The translations under genes were made by a program, and so were the position numbers. A stretch of 48,768 nucleotides of DNA from Planctomycetaceae bacterium (GTDB lineage Bacteria; Planctomycetota; Planctomycetia; Planctomycetales; Planctomycetaceae): the NCBI GenBank assembly GCA_028291565.1, contig JAQGHT010000082.1:1-48768 (forward strand), given 5' to 3'. Positions 1 to 9,301 of the stretch are shown here, one piece after another. Each line of letters starts with the position of its first letter. Position 1 is the stretch's first letter. The notes under the pieces are model-generated. The model was not told the origin of the DNA. It searched no databases and worked only from the letters and a program-made list of their open reading frames with translations.

Positions 1-253
1 TGACCGTTTTAGACATTTCTTCTCTCCAAAAACTGTGTAACGGCCCGACGAGACGCAGTCTGGCAGGCACCTATCCGCTCCGCAATATCAGAAGGTGTGG
101 ATTCAGTGGCGACCGACACCAGTTGGCACAGAATCGACACGGCCCAAGCAACAGATGGCCGGATAGGTATGGACCGAAGAGTGTTCAGGCAAGACGGGCG
201 GCGAGCTGAATTGCTAACCTTGAACGACTACCGAAGCGTGCTGAAGTACCACA

Positions 254-1690
254 TCAGAATTTGTAATCGATCCAGGTTGTAAAAAAATCGATGGGCTGGC
301 TCGGTAGGGTGTTGTCCTTCAAGAACTGGCCTGGGAAAAAATGGACGTAACTTGCAACAAACGACAGATGCCTTGTTGCACTCCAGATGAGAGTCACCGA
401 CGGAGAATTTCCAACAAACCGGGCGTCGCTTCCTCCGGCTGGACGTAGCAGCGAGCCCGAAAGTCGATAAGCCCCATCGTTCAGGCTCTCTCTCCAGAAG
501 AAATCCCAGTCAGTCGTGACGGTTACCTGCTCCCCGAAATGCAGGTCAAGGACCGGATGCAAGTCAATCATATTTGACGGGCCGACTGGATTGGCGAGGT
601 TGAAATACACCCCAGACGGAAAGAGTGGATTGAATGTCTGTAGGTTTCGGGAATTCGGGTTATTGTCGCCGCTAGCGATGTCGGCCCGAATTCCGAATCG
701 AGGCTTGAGCGGAGTGTCATAGAAGTTGTAGCGCACCGCGTGGGCGGCGCTCCAGGCGTTGATGTTCCCCGCACCGAAGGTACCGAATTGCCAGATATAT
801 TCCAGGTTGTATTCCCATGGCACAGGGTTACCCCACAGACGTGTCCCCAGGGAATGCCGAAGTTCATATCCGGAACCCTGATTGTAGACAGCGTCGCGAT
901 TCTCAAAGCCGAGGTAATACAGATCGACGTTGCCTTCAGGGAGAATCGGGGCCGGCCGGGTCGCATAGATTCCCCAGAACGATTTGTCTGGATTCGGATC
1001 GTCGTCAAAAACTCCAACGCGATTGCGGACGGGCTTTGACCACCATCCATCGACGGAGGTCTCACCGGAACGGATGAGAATCTTGGCACCGTCGAATGAG
1101 CGCCGGAGATTGGGCCCTTCGCGAACATCAATGAGCCGGCCAGACCCGTACGTCATTTCCTGCCGACCCACTCGAACCGTAATAGAATCGTTTTCGCCTT
1201 CAAGAGGAGCGATGAAATCTGCGAAGGTCTGGTGCAAATCAAACGCATCGCGGTCAACATCCGGGTGCGGACCGCCAATTCGCCCGTCTTCGAGGCCCGT
1301 CATCAACTGGCCAAAGTATCGAAAGTGGGGTCCGATGTGCAAATCGCCGTGCAAGAGATAACGCTGCAGTAGATATCCATTGTTGCCCTTCGAACTGGCG
1401 GGTGCGTCACCGAAGTCTTCGTCGTGATAGAACTCGTAGCGTTCGCGTGCTTCACCACCGATCGAAAGGTAAGTATTGTCGCAATTTCCTATCGGAATAT
1501 ATTTGATCGCATCCCATTGGTCGGTTTGTTGGAAAACGTCATTCAGGTAGCTGTAGTCTTCGTCGTAACGCAGGACTTTATAATGTGGCGGGTTCTCCGC
1601 CGGCCCTTGAGCGAGAAGTGATAACTGTCCAGCGAAACTGGTGAGGCCTAGCGCCAGCAAGCCAATGATTCTGTTGGTCAAACTGATCAT
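254..1690 (-). CDS. Outer-membrane beta-barrel protein, alginate-export (AlgE-like) porin family
   Basis: ORF 254..1720. The internal ATG at 1690 gives a signal peptide, MISLTNRIIGLLALGLTSFAGQLSLLAQG. LSIGGEARERYEFY-type motif, alternating hydrophobic strands throughout, and a C-terminal aromatic end (WIDYKF) typical of OM barrels. Confidence 0.6.
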   Translation of the reverse strand: MISLTNRIIGLLALGLTSFAGQLSLLAQGPAENPPHYKVLRYDEDYSYLNDVFQQTDQWDAIKYIPIGNCDNTYLSIGGEARERYEFYHDEDFGDAPASSKGNNGYLLQRYLLHGDLHIGPHFRYFGQLMTGLEDGRIGGPHPDVDRDAFDLHQTFADFIAPLEGENDSITVRVGRQEMTYGSGRLIDVREGPNLRRSFDGAKILIRSGETSVDGWWSKPVRNRVGVFDDDPNPDKSFWGIYATRPAPILPEGNVDLYYLGFENRDAVYNQGSGYELRHSLGTRLWGNPVPWEYNLEYIWQFGTFGAGNINAWSAAHAVRYNFYDTPLKPRFGIRADIASGDNNPNSRNLQTFNPLFPSGVYFNLANPVGPSNMIDLHPVLDLHFGEQVTVTTDWDFFWRESLNDGAYRLSGSLLRPAGGSDARFVGNSPSVTLIWSATRHLSFVASYVHFFPGQFLKDNTLPSQPIDFFTTWIDYKF

Positions 1691-1863
1691 TTGTGGGAGT
1701 GACTTAAGACTTGCACACAAACCAGGACGGAAGTGGACACTCGCCGCTCGAGCACACGTATTTCCGTCTTATCGGCACATAAGAAAGGATTCTTCCCTCA
1801 GATATAGTCGATGACGTCTCGATGGCTATCCAAACCACCTGGTTTACACAATCGGAGCAGTTC

Positions 1864-2412
1864 CTATTTTCCCGAAACGTAAGTTGCTGAGGAAATCAAC
1901 TCTTCGGCTGGGAGTTCTCGGTCTGGCTGGCGTCCCTGAGCACGTAGACGAACCACTTGTAGAGAGACTCCTACCAGGAATGCGACGAACAAAAAGCCGG
2001 TTGCAGCCTGCAGAAGCGGTGCGTCGGGACTGGCGGCCAGCGGCGAGCCCACCGGCAACCGTGTTGCCGTCTCGGTGAGGGCCGGAATCAGATGGAAGAA
2101 AAACGTTGTGGAGTAGCTGACAACTTCGACAAACCGTGACGCGCTGCCGAAGATCTTGGTTTTTCCTGCACATCCCGCGATTGCGAGTACAACGAGCGTG
2201 ATGATGCCCAACACATGGGCTATTCCGAACGCACCGTGGCGAAAGATCCCGAAGCCCGTCACGCATGTGATGACGGTTGTGGTGATATAGATTCTTCCGA
2301 CCCAGTTCCCAGGAGAAATTACTCCGTCTCGAACGAGTGCAATGAAACCGGCAACTACGGCGATCAAACTGATAGCCGTGTGAAATATGCCGAGTGGCGT
2401 CAACCCGAGCAT
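1864..2412 (-). CDS. Integral membrane protein of unknown function (about 5 predicted TM helices)
   Basis: 182-aa ORF. ATG at 2410-2412 is preceded by AGGAGG (reverse complement of cctcct at 2419-2424). Hydrophobic helices run throughout. No family recognised. Confidence 0.55.
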   Translation of the reverse strand: MLGLTPLGIFHTAISLIAVVAGFIALVRDGVISPGNWVGRIYITTTVITCVTGFGIFRHGAFGIAHVLGIITLVVLAIAGCAGKTKIFGSASRFVEVVSYSTTFFFHLIPALTETATRLPVGSPLAASPDAPLLQAATGFLFVAFLVGVSLQVVRLRAQGRQPDRELPAEELISSATYVSGK

Positions 2413-2575
2413 TAGAACCTCCTGATTGAGTTGCTAATCCTGACTGATGACGATGATCGAGCCAATTCTCTCTCTACTAAGCGTGCCGGGTGGACATGGG
2501 AGGCCAATTTGTCTTCCGCCCTTCCAACGAGCCCGAGATTGGCGGAAACTTGAGTGAGATATAGAATGTCGGGCT

Positions 2576-3202
2576 ATGAACGAAGGCCACACCACCTCTG
2601 TTGTCCAAAAATATCTCGATGAGTTGGCAGGTTTGCATGGAGAGATGGCTGCCGAACCCATCGTGCAGTCATTACTGGGCAAGTCGGTAAACCGCCTGCA
2701 TTTACTTTGCAGCACACTGTTGTATCGCAACTATCCCCGCCTGTTGCGGCCCCCGTTGAACTTGGAGCCTGAGGAATTGCTCGGCGCGGTGGTGGAACGC
2801 CTGATTAAAGCCCTGCGTGAAGTTCGTCCGACAACGGTACGCCGGTTCTTTGCGCTGGCCAATCAGCACATCCGTTGGGAGCTCAATGACCTGGTCCGCC
2901 GCTTAGATGAGCAGGCCTCTCAGGTACAATTGCTGGAATCATTGCTCAAAGCTCCACCTGAGAGCAGCGGATCGCCATTGAGCGCGAACGTGCGTCGGAT
3001 CATTGAAACGATCGAAAACCTGCCTGACGAGGAGTGTGAAGCGTTCAATCTAGTTCGCATTCAGGGAATGACGCAAACTGAAGCCGCGACGTTACTTGGC
3101 GTGTCCGCAAAGACAATTCAGCGACGTCTGAACCGGAGCCTGGTCTTGTTGACAAGTCAGTTGGGCGACCTTCATCCGCAACGGGCAATCACCGACCCGT
3201 GA
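2576..3202 (+). CDS. ECF-type RNA polymerase sigma factor (kinase-associated planctomycete type)
   Basis: Region-4 HTH CEAFNLVRIQGMTQTEAATLLGVSAKTIQRRLNRSL, a region-2-like segment ERLIKALREV..HIRWELNDLVRR, and a stop that overlaps the GTG of the downstream kinase ORF (GTGA at 3199-3202). Confidence 0.75.
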   Translation: MNEGHTTSVVQKYLDELAGLHGEMAAEPIVQSLLGKSVNRLHLLCSTLLYRNYPRLLRPPLNLEPEELLGAVVERLIKALREVRPTTVRRFFALANQHIRWELNDLVRRLDEQASQVQLLESLLKAPPESSGSPLSANVRRIIETIENLPDEECEAFNLVRIQGMTQTEAATLLGVSAKTIQRRLNRSLVLLTSQLGDLHPQRAITDP

Positions 3203-6200
3203 GATTGGAACGTCTGATCCTGGAGCTGCTCAGAGCCGTAGCCAGGTCAAGCGGAGGAGACTCTTTGATGTCGGACGAACAGCGCATCCAAAAATTGGTT
3301 GAAGAGATCTTAAATTCGAATCGCACTGAGGAGGAAGTGTGCGCTGACGATCCCGAGCTGTTGCGGGATGTCCGGGAACGATTTCAGCAATGTCGGAGCC
3401 TCCAGGCGGAAATTGACGCCATATTTCCGACTTCCGGCGCGCTGCCGCCTGGCGCTGTCGGCGGATCTCGACAACCGGCCGCCGAGCTGCCACAAATCCC
3501 GGGTTACGAAGTCGAAGCGGAGGTGGGCCACGGCGGGATGGGGGTGGTTTATAAAGCGAGGCATCTGAAGCTGGATCGTCTCGTCGCAATCAAAATGCTA
3601 TTGGCCGGTGCCTACGCGAGCCCATCGGAAATTGAACAGTTCCTGCGTGAAGCCCGGGCGATCGCCAATCTTTGTCACACTAATATTGTGCAAGTGTTTG
3701 ACGTGGGCGAATTCGAAGGTCGTCCCTACTTCACCATGGAGCTACTGGAAAGCGGCAACCTGGCGCAAAAGTCGGCAGGTGCGCCACAACCGGCCCCCGC
3801 CGCCGCAACACTCGTGGCGGTCTTGGCCCAAGCTGTCCAGTTCGCGCACCAACATGGCATTGTTCATCGCGATCTGAAACCGGCAAACATTTTGCTCAGT
3901 GAAGACGGTACGCCCAAGATCTCCGATTTCGGACTGGCACGGCAAGTTGCGGCGGATGCCGACCTGACGTTGACGGGGATGCTGATCGGGACACCCAGTT
4001 ACATGGCTCCCGAGCAATCCCGCGGCAGTTCTGATGCGGTCGCACCTGCGGTCGATATCTATGCGCTGGGCGCATTGCTGTATGAGATGCTGACCGGCCG
4101 ACCGCCATTTCGCGCAGACTCGGCCGCAGAAACAGCGCGGCAAGTCATTGAGGAGGAGCCTGCACCGCCGTCGCGCCTGAATGCCAAGGTGCCGCTCGAC
4201 CTCGAAACGATTTGCCTGAAATGTCTGCAGAAGGATCCGCAACGACGTTACACCACAGCAGTGGCGTTGGCAGAGGATCTACAGCGATTCTTGGATGGCC
4301 AGCCCATTCTGGCCAGACCCGTTGGGCGAGTGGAACGTATCGTCCGCTGGATGCGTCGAAAGCCGACGGCAACTGCTTTGATCATCACGGCACTATTGCT
4401 GATGGGTGTCGCACTGGGCGCCAGCGTGCGCGAGTGGCGATTTCGGACATTGCAGCAGACGGAACTGGAGAGGTGGTCAGATCGATTGGCCTTCGCTCTG
4501 CGGCTGCAACAAGAGGGCCGTTTCAGCGAAGCCCGCGCAATTCTGCACAAGGCCGATGTTGCTTCCGACATTTTACGGCTTCAAGTGGAGCGCGCTCGCG
4601 TCCACCTGGATTTGGTCGAAAGACTGGATGCCATCCGCCTAAGTCGTGGAAATTTCGTGCCAGGAGGCGGAATCGACTATGCACAGTCGAGCCGAGAGTA
4701 CGAGGCAATATTTCGCCAAGCTGGCCTGGGTGCGTTTCCCGAGGATCCCGAAGGCGTCGCCGAACGTCTTTCGGCCTCACCGATTCGCAAGGCACTTATT
4801 GCCGCACTCGATGACTGGTCGACCTGCGCTGTCAAACAGGAGCGAGATTGGGTGCTCAGCGTGACGCGGCGAATGGATCCCGATCCGTGGCGCGACAAAG
4901 TCCGCGCCACGGACGCCTGGACCAAAATGGAACTCTTGCCTGATCTCGCCGCTACGGTAAACGTCGACGAGCAGCCGGTCAATCTCATGGCTTCGCTGGG
5001 AACCCGCTGGCGTCGTCTCGGTGGAGATCCTACAGCGTTCCTGCAGCGAGTGCAGCGGCGGCATCCCAGCGATTTCTGGGTCAATTTCGAGTTAGGCTAT
5101 GCATTGGACCCCCGCGATCGAAAGGCCGCAATCGGATTTTTCCGGGCAGCCCTGGCAATTCGACCGAATGCAGCAGTCGTGCATTACAACCTCGGCGTCT
5201 ACCTCGACCACGAGGGAGACCTCGACGATGCCATCCATCATTTTGAACAAGCCTTGGAAATTGACCCGAACCATGCTTGGGCCCACTACAAGCTTGGCAG
5301 TGTCTTGGTCAAAAAGGGTCAATTGAGCGGAGTCGTCGAACATCTCCAAAAGGCTCTTGCGCTAGATCCGCAAGATATTGACACGAGCAACCTGCTGCGG
5401 TCGACTCTGGTTTCTCAGGGGCATTTGGAAGAAGCACGCGTATTTTGGCGCCTATTACTCGACGCCAACCCGACGAAGCATGATGATTGGGACGGATACG
5501 CCGAGCTGTGCCTGTTCCTCGATCAGGAAGCAGAGTATCACTGGACGTGCCGCGAGTTGTTGAAACGATTCGGTGCGACGACCGACCCTTATATTTGCGA
5601 TCGGACCGGACGTGCCTGTCTGCTCTCGCCCGCTTCGGAGCACAATTTGCGCGATGCCGCCGCGCTGATCGATCGGGCATTGACCACCGACAAATCGCAA
5701 TATGAGGCGTGGGCGTATCGCTATTTTCAGTTCGCCAAAGCCCTCGCGGAATACCGCGAACACCGGTTCGACAGTGCAATTACTATACTGCAAAGTGACG
5801 TCTCGATCATCCTTGGGCCTTCACCCAAATTGGTAATGGCCATGGCTCAGTATCGCCTCGGAAAACACGATGAGGCCCGGCGAACTTTCGCCCGCGCCGT
5901 TTGCAATTTCGATTGGCGAGCTGTGAAATGCAATAATCGCGAAGTCTGGCTGTATCACTTGCTGAGGCGAGAGGCTGAACGCCTGATGCTGCCGAGTCTG
6001 CAGGCATTCCTGAATGGGACGCATCAACCAGTGGATAATGACGAGCGTCTCGCTCTGCTCGGAGCCTGTGCTTTCAAGAACCTGACCCGCGCGCAAGCTG
6101 GCCTCTATGTCGATGCGTTGACTGCCGATCCGGGCATGGCAAACGATGTTGACAGCCAGCAGAGGTACAAAGCGGCATGCATCGCGGCTCTGGTCGGATG

Positions 6201-6522
6201 CGGCCGGGGCAAGGATGCGGCAAGTCTTTCACAAAACGAACGCTCGCGGTGGCGCCACCAGTCGCGCGAATGGCTGCGGGATGACCTTTCCTCATGGCGC
6301 AATAAGTTAGAAAGCAATCCCGGAATTAAAGCCCAGGTACAGACGACTCTTACCGGGTGGCAGGGCGACGCAGACTTGGCCGGCTTGCGAGAGACAGGGG
6401 AGTTAGTCGCCCTCCCAGAGGTTGAACGCCAGGAATGTCGCAGGCTCTGGAGTGACGTGACCGAACTGCTCAAGAAAGCGCAGCAAGTCGAAACGACTCC
6501 TAGCACGGACCGTCAGAAATAG
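3199..6522 (+). CDS. Ser/Thr protein kinase with one TM helix and a large C-terminal TPR-repeat domain
   Basis: Hanks motifs GHGGMGVVYKA, AIK, HRDLKPANILL, DFGLAR and GTPSYMAPEQ. TM segment TATALIITALLLMGVALGASV. TPR-like repeats (AIHHFEQALEIDPNHAWAHYKLG etc.). The start is either GTG 3199 or ATG 3268. Confidence 0.85.
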   Translation: MRLERLILELLRAVARSSGGDSLMSDEQRIQKLVEEILNSNRTEEEVCADDPELLRDVRERFQQCRSLQAEIDAIFPTSGALPPGAVGGSRQPAAELPQIPGYEVEAEVGHGGMGVVYKARHLKLDRLVAIKMLLAGAYASPSEIEQFLREARAIANLCHTNIVQVFDVGEFEGRPYFTMELLESGNLAQKSAGAPQPAPAAATLVAVLAQAVQFAHQHGIVHRDLKPANILLSEDGTPKISDFGLARQVAADADLTLTGMLIGTPSYMAPEQSRGSSDAVAPAVDIYALGALLYEMLTGRPPFRADSAAETARQVIEEEPAPPSRLNAKVPLDLETICLKCLQKDPQRRYTTAVALAEDLQRFLDGQPILARPVGRVERIVRWMRRKPTATALIITALLLMGVALGASVREWRFRTLQQTELERWSDRLAFALRLQQEGRFSEARAILHKADVASDILRLQVERARVHLDLVERLDAIRLSRGNFVPGGGIDYAQSSREYEAIFRQAGLGAFPEDPEGVAERLSASPIRKALIAALDDWSTCAVKQERDWVLSVTRRMDPDPWRDKVRATDAWTKMELLPDLAATVNVDEQPVNLMASLGTRWRRLGGDPTAFLQRVQRRHPSDFWVNFELGYALDPRDRKAAIGFFRAALAIRPNAAVVHYNLGVYLDHEGDLDDAIHHFEQALEIDPNHAWAHYKLGSVLVKKGQLSGVVEHLQKALALDPQDIDTSNLLRSTLVSQGHLEEARVFWRLLLDANPTKHDDWDGYAELCLFLDQEAEYHWTCRELLKRFGATTDPYICDRTGRACLLSPASEHNLRDAAALIDRALTTDKSQYEAWAYRYFQFAKALAEYREHRFDSAITILQSDVSIILGPSPKLVMAMAQYRLGKHDEARRTFARAVCNFDWRAVKCNNREVWLYHLLRREAERLMLPSLQAFLNGTHQPVDNDERLALLGACAFKNLTRAQAGLYVDALTADPGMANDVDSQQRYKAACIAALVGCGRGKDAASLSQNERSRWRHQSREWLRDDLSSWRNKLESNPGIKAQVQTTLTGWQGDADLAGLRETGELVALPEVERQECRRLWSDVTELLKKAQQVETTPSTDRQK

Positions 6523-6596
6523 GTGCAAATTAACAGAAGCGTTTGGTAACGAAAGTTTAAAAACTTTGCGCCGAGCAATTTTCAGGACAAAAAGTC

Positions 6597-6675
6597 ATGG
6601 GATCGATCACAAAGAAAGATGGAACAGAAATCTACTTCAAGGATTGGGGCAGCGGCCAGCCAATCGTTTTCTCAC
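6597..6675 (+). pseudogene. N-terminal remnant (about 26 codons) of an alpha/beta-hydrolase (arylesterase / non-haem haloperoxidase-like)
   Basis: [26 protein letters not shown] matches the very conserved N-terminus of this family. The expected HGWP..SxxW continuation is absent in all three frames. The reading frame runs into the 3' end of the convergent gene at 6699. Confidence 0.55.
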
Positions 6676-6698
6676 GAAGTGAATGCGGCATTACCGCT

Positions 6699-7976
6699 TT
6701 ACATTGTCTCCCGCAGGTAGCGATGCGTGAAGGTCACGCACATCGCACCGTCACCGACGGCCGAGGCCAGTCGCTTGACTGAACCATGTCGAACGTCGCC
6801 GGCGGCAAACGATCCAGGTACACTTGTTTCCAGGAAATAAGGCATACGGGAGAGTGGCCAGCATTCCGGAGCTTTGCCATCATTGAGCAGATCAGGCCCC
6901 GTGATCAGGTATCCTTGATCGTCTCGGATGATCGGTGTGTCCTTCGCCCATTCGGTGTTCGGCTTCCCGCCAATGCACACGAATAGCTTACGGGTATCGA
7001 CTGTCTGCTGGCTTTCATCTCGGTTGTCCTGCAACGTGATCTGCCGGAGGCAATCCTCGCCGATCAGTGACTGCACCGAGGCGTTGACCTGAATTTCCAC
7101 GTTAGAAAGACTCGCCAGACGTTCCGAAAGATACTTCGACATCGATGCCTTCGGGCCATGACCGCGCACGAGCATGGTGACGCGTTTCGCATATTTCGCA
7201 AAATGAACAACTGCCTGACCGGCGGAATTGCCTCCTCCGACTACGAACACATGCTCGCCTTTGCACATTTGCGCTTCGCTCGCACCCGCTCCGTAGTACA
7301 GGCCTTTTCTCAAGAAGCGATCCTCCTCGGCAAGATCAAGCTTCGCGTACTCCACGCCTGTTGCACAAATGTTGGCTCTCGCCACCATCTGAGTACCGTC
7401 CGCCATCACTGCTCGAATACGGTTGTTGACAAACTCTGCCTTGATGCCCTCGCGCAGGAGCAGGATATCGACGCCAAACTTGACGGCTTGCTGCCTGGCT
7501 CGTTCAGCAAGCTCGGCTCCGCTGATCCCTTCTGGATAGCCCATGTAGTTTTCGATCAATGAACTAGTGCCTGCTTGCCCCCCTATCGCAGAGCGTTCAA
7601 TGAGTACGGTCTGGATTCCTTCAGATGCCGCATACACGGCTGCACTCAATCCGGCAGGCCCGGCTCCGTAGATCGATAGTTCATATTCCTTCAGTCGAGG
7701 CTGTGTAATCCATCCGAGTTTATGGGCCAATTCGCGGACCGACGGCTCGAAGAGCCGTTCACCGTCCGGAAGCACCACGACCGGCATTCGAATCTCGTCG
7801 AGTACTGGTAATCCAAGCTCACGCTGGCAGTCGGCATTGGATTGAAGTTCGATCCAATCGAAATCGACAACGCTTCGCCTCAGAAAATCACGGATTTCAT
7901 AGGCGAGCGCAGAGTTTTCGCGTCCGAACAACCGCACATGGCGATCTGCATGACTTGTTGATGCCTCATTTTTCAT
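6699..7976 (-). CDS. Thioredoxin-reductase-like FAD/NAD(P)H flavoprotein with an N-terminal thioredoxin-fold extension; redox CxxC is degenerate
   Basis: Two Rossmann motifs ([14 protein letters not shown] and [12 protein letters not shown]) and a C-terminal GDV..AVGDGA. The TrxR CATC position reads CATG (7356-7367). ATG 7976 was chosen because the upstream part of ORF 6699..8111 overlaps the neighbouring gene. Confidence 0.75.
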   Translation of the reverse strand: MKNEASTSHADRHVRLFGRENSALAYEIRDFLRRSVVDFDWIELQSNADCQRELGLPVLDEIRMPVVVLPDGERLFEPSVRELAHKLGWITQPRLKEYELSIYGAGPAGLSAAVYAASEGIQTVLIERSAIGGQAGTSSLIENYMGYPEGISGAELAERARQQAVKFGVDILLLREGIKAEFVNNRIRAVMADGTQMVARANICATGVEYAKLDLAEEDRFLRKGLYYGAGASEAQMCKGEHVFVVGGGNSAGQAVVHFAKYAKRVTMLVRGHGPKASMSKYLSERLASLSNVEIQVNASVQSLIGEDCLRQITLQDNRDESQQTVDTRKLFVCIGGKPNTEWAKDTPIIRDDQGYLITGPDLLNDGKAPECWPLSRMPYFLETSVPGSFAAGDVRHGSVKRLASAVGDGAMCVTFTHRYLRETM

Positions 7977-8061
7977 TGCCAGCCCTCTCTTGTTCGATGT
8001 TCGCCCGTTCAATCGCAGCGTGAACTCATCCAGCGGGGCGACATTCCTTCCTGATGATGTG

Positions 8062-8508
8062 TCATTTCGCAGATCCCAACACAGCCACGCCAGCGATAAC
8101 CAGTCCGACACCGAGTAGCTTCCATCCAGTTATCGGGTCGACCGGAACGTCGAGTAGCCCGAAGTGATCGATCACCTTTGCCGTGACGATCTGCCCAGCG
8201 ACAATCAACCCGAAAGTCGGAGCTATGCCGAGCCGTGGTGCCACGACAACCGCCGCCCACAGGTAGATGACACCGAGCAACCCGCCGCACCATGCCCACC
8301 AGGGCGTGACAGCCAGGCTCGCCCTGTCCGGCCAGGAGTATCGGCCGATCAGGCAGATGGCGAGGGCGGCAACCGTCCCCACTGCCAGCGAAATCAGCGT
8401 CGCCTGCATGGGCTTGCCGAGGTGGTACTTCAGCTTGCCGTTGAGAGCCACCTGGGTGGCCAGCGCCGCACCGGCGGCGAGGGCGAGGACGGGATAGATC
8501 GCGTTCAT
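8062..8508 (-). CDS. Small DMT-superfamily membrane protein (YdcZ/DUF606-like)
   Basis: About 148 aa from ATG 8508 (MNAIYPVLALAAGAALATQVALNGKL...). 4-5 TM helices with the typical DUF606 N-terminus. The longer ORF start is Arg-rich, non-membrane junk. Confidence 0.6.
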   Translation of the reverse strand: MNAIYPVLALAAGAALATQVALNGKLKYHLGKPMQATLISLAVGTVAALAICLIGRYSWPDRASLAVTPWWAWCGGLLGVIYLWAAVVVAPRLGIAPTFGLIVAGQIVTAKVIDHFGLLDVPVDPITGWKLLGVGLVIAGVAVLGSAK

Positions 8509-8525
8509 GGCGGTTGAGATTAACC

Positions 8526-9275
8526 TCATTGGGCGCACACGCCGCCATCGACCGGCAGCGTGTGGCCGGTGACGTAGCGGGCCTCGTCCGAGAGGAGCCA
8601 CACCACCACGTCGGCGATGTCGTCCGGTTGGCCGATCCGTCCCATCGGCACGAATGCCGCATAACTGTGCGGGTCGCCTCCCGTTCCCTTGTGCAAAAGT
8701 GGCGTCTCGACCGGGCCGGGGCCGACCGCGTTGATCCGGACGTTCAGCTTCGCGTAATCGAGAGCCGCCGCCTTTGTCATACCCGTAACGGCGTGCTTGG
8801 TGGCGACGTAGAGCGACCAGTCGGCATAGCCGTTCAGCCCGAAGATCGACGATGTGTTGACGATGGCCCCGCCGCCCGTCTTGAGCATCTGCTCAATCTC
8901 GTACTTCATGCAGTAGAACACGCCCTTGATGTTCACGTCGAACAGGGCCGACGCCTTCTCGATGTCCTGCTCGTGAAGTGGGACTTGCTCGCCGTCCATG
9001 CCCGCGTTGTTGAACGCCAGGTCCAGCCGCCCGAACTCGCTGACCGCCCGTGCAACCAAAGCCTGCGCGTCGGCCGGCTTACTCACGTCAGTCTTTTGGA
9101 AGACGGCCTTACCGCCAGTCTTTCGGATCATTTCGGCAACTTCCTCACCCTTGTGGGCGTCCCGATTGCCAATGACCACAATGGCCCCGGCTTTCGCCAT
9201 CGCCAGGGCCGTTGCCCTGCCAATGCCTGTTCCGCCTCCAGTCACCACAGTGACCTTGCCTGTCAGTTTCGCCAT
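8526..9275 (-). CDS. Short-chain dehydrogenase/reductase (SDR)
   Basis: TGGGTGIGRATA cofactor motif, NNAG, catalytic YVATKHAV (YxxxK), and the C-terminal GHTLPVDGG signature. Confidence 0.85.
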   Translation of the reverse strand: MAKLTGKVTVVTGGGTGIGRATALAMAKAGAIVVIGNRDAHKGEEVAEMIRKTGGKAVFQKTDVSKPADAQALVARAVSEFGRLDLAFNNAGMDGEQVPLHEQDIEKASALFDVNIKGVFYCMKYEIEQMLKTGGGAIVNTSSIFGLNGYADWSLYVATKHAVTGMTKAAALDYAKLNVRINAVGPGPVETPLLHKGTGGDPHSYAAFVPMGRIGQPDDIADVVVWLLSDEARYVTGHTLPVDGGVCAQ

Positions 9276-9301
9276 TTTGTTTCTCCATTGATGGATGTCG
9301 G

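Noticed and set aside
2544-2570. ECF-type promoter guess GGAAAC-N18-GTC just upstream of the sigma factor gene.
   Set aside because: It is a weak match with non-canonical spacing, and it would leave only about 6 nt of leader. I mention it only as a hypothesis under the ECF/STK finding.
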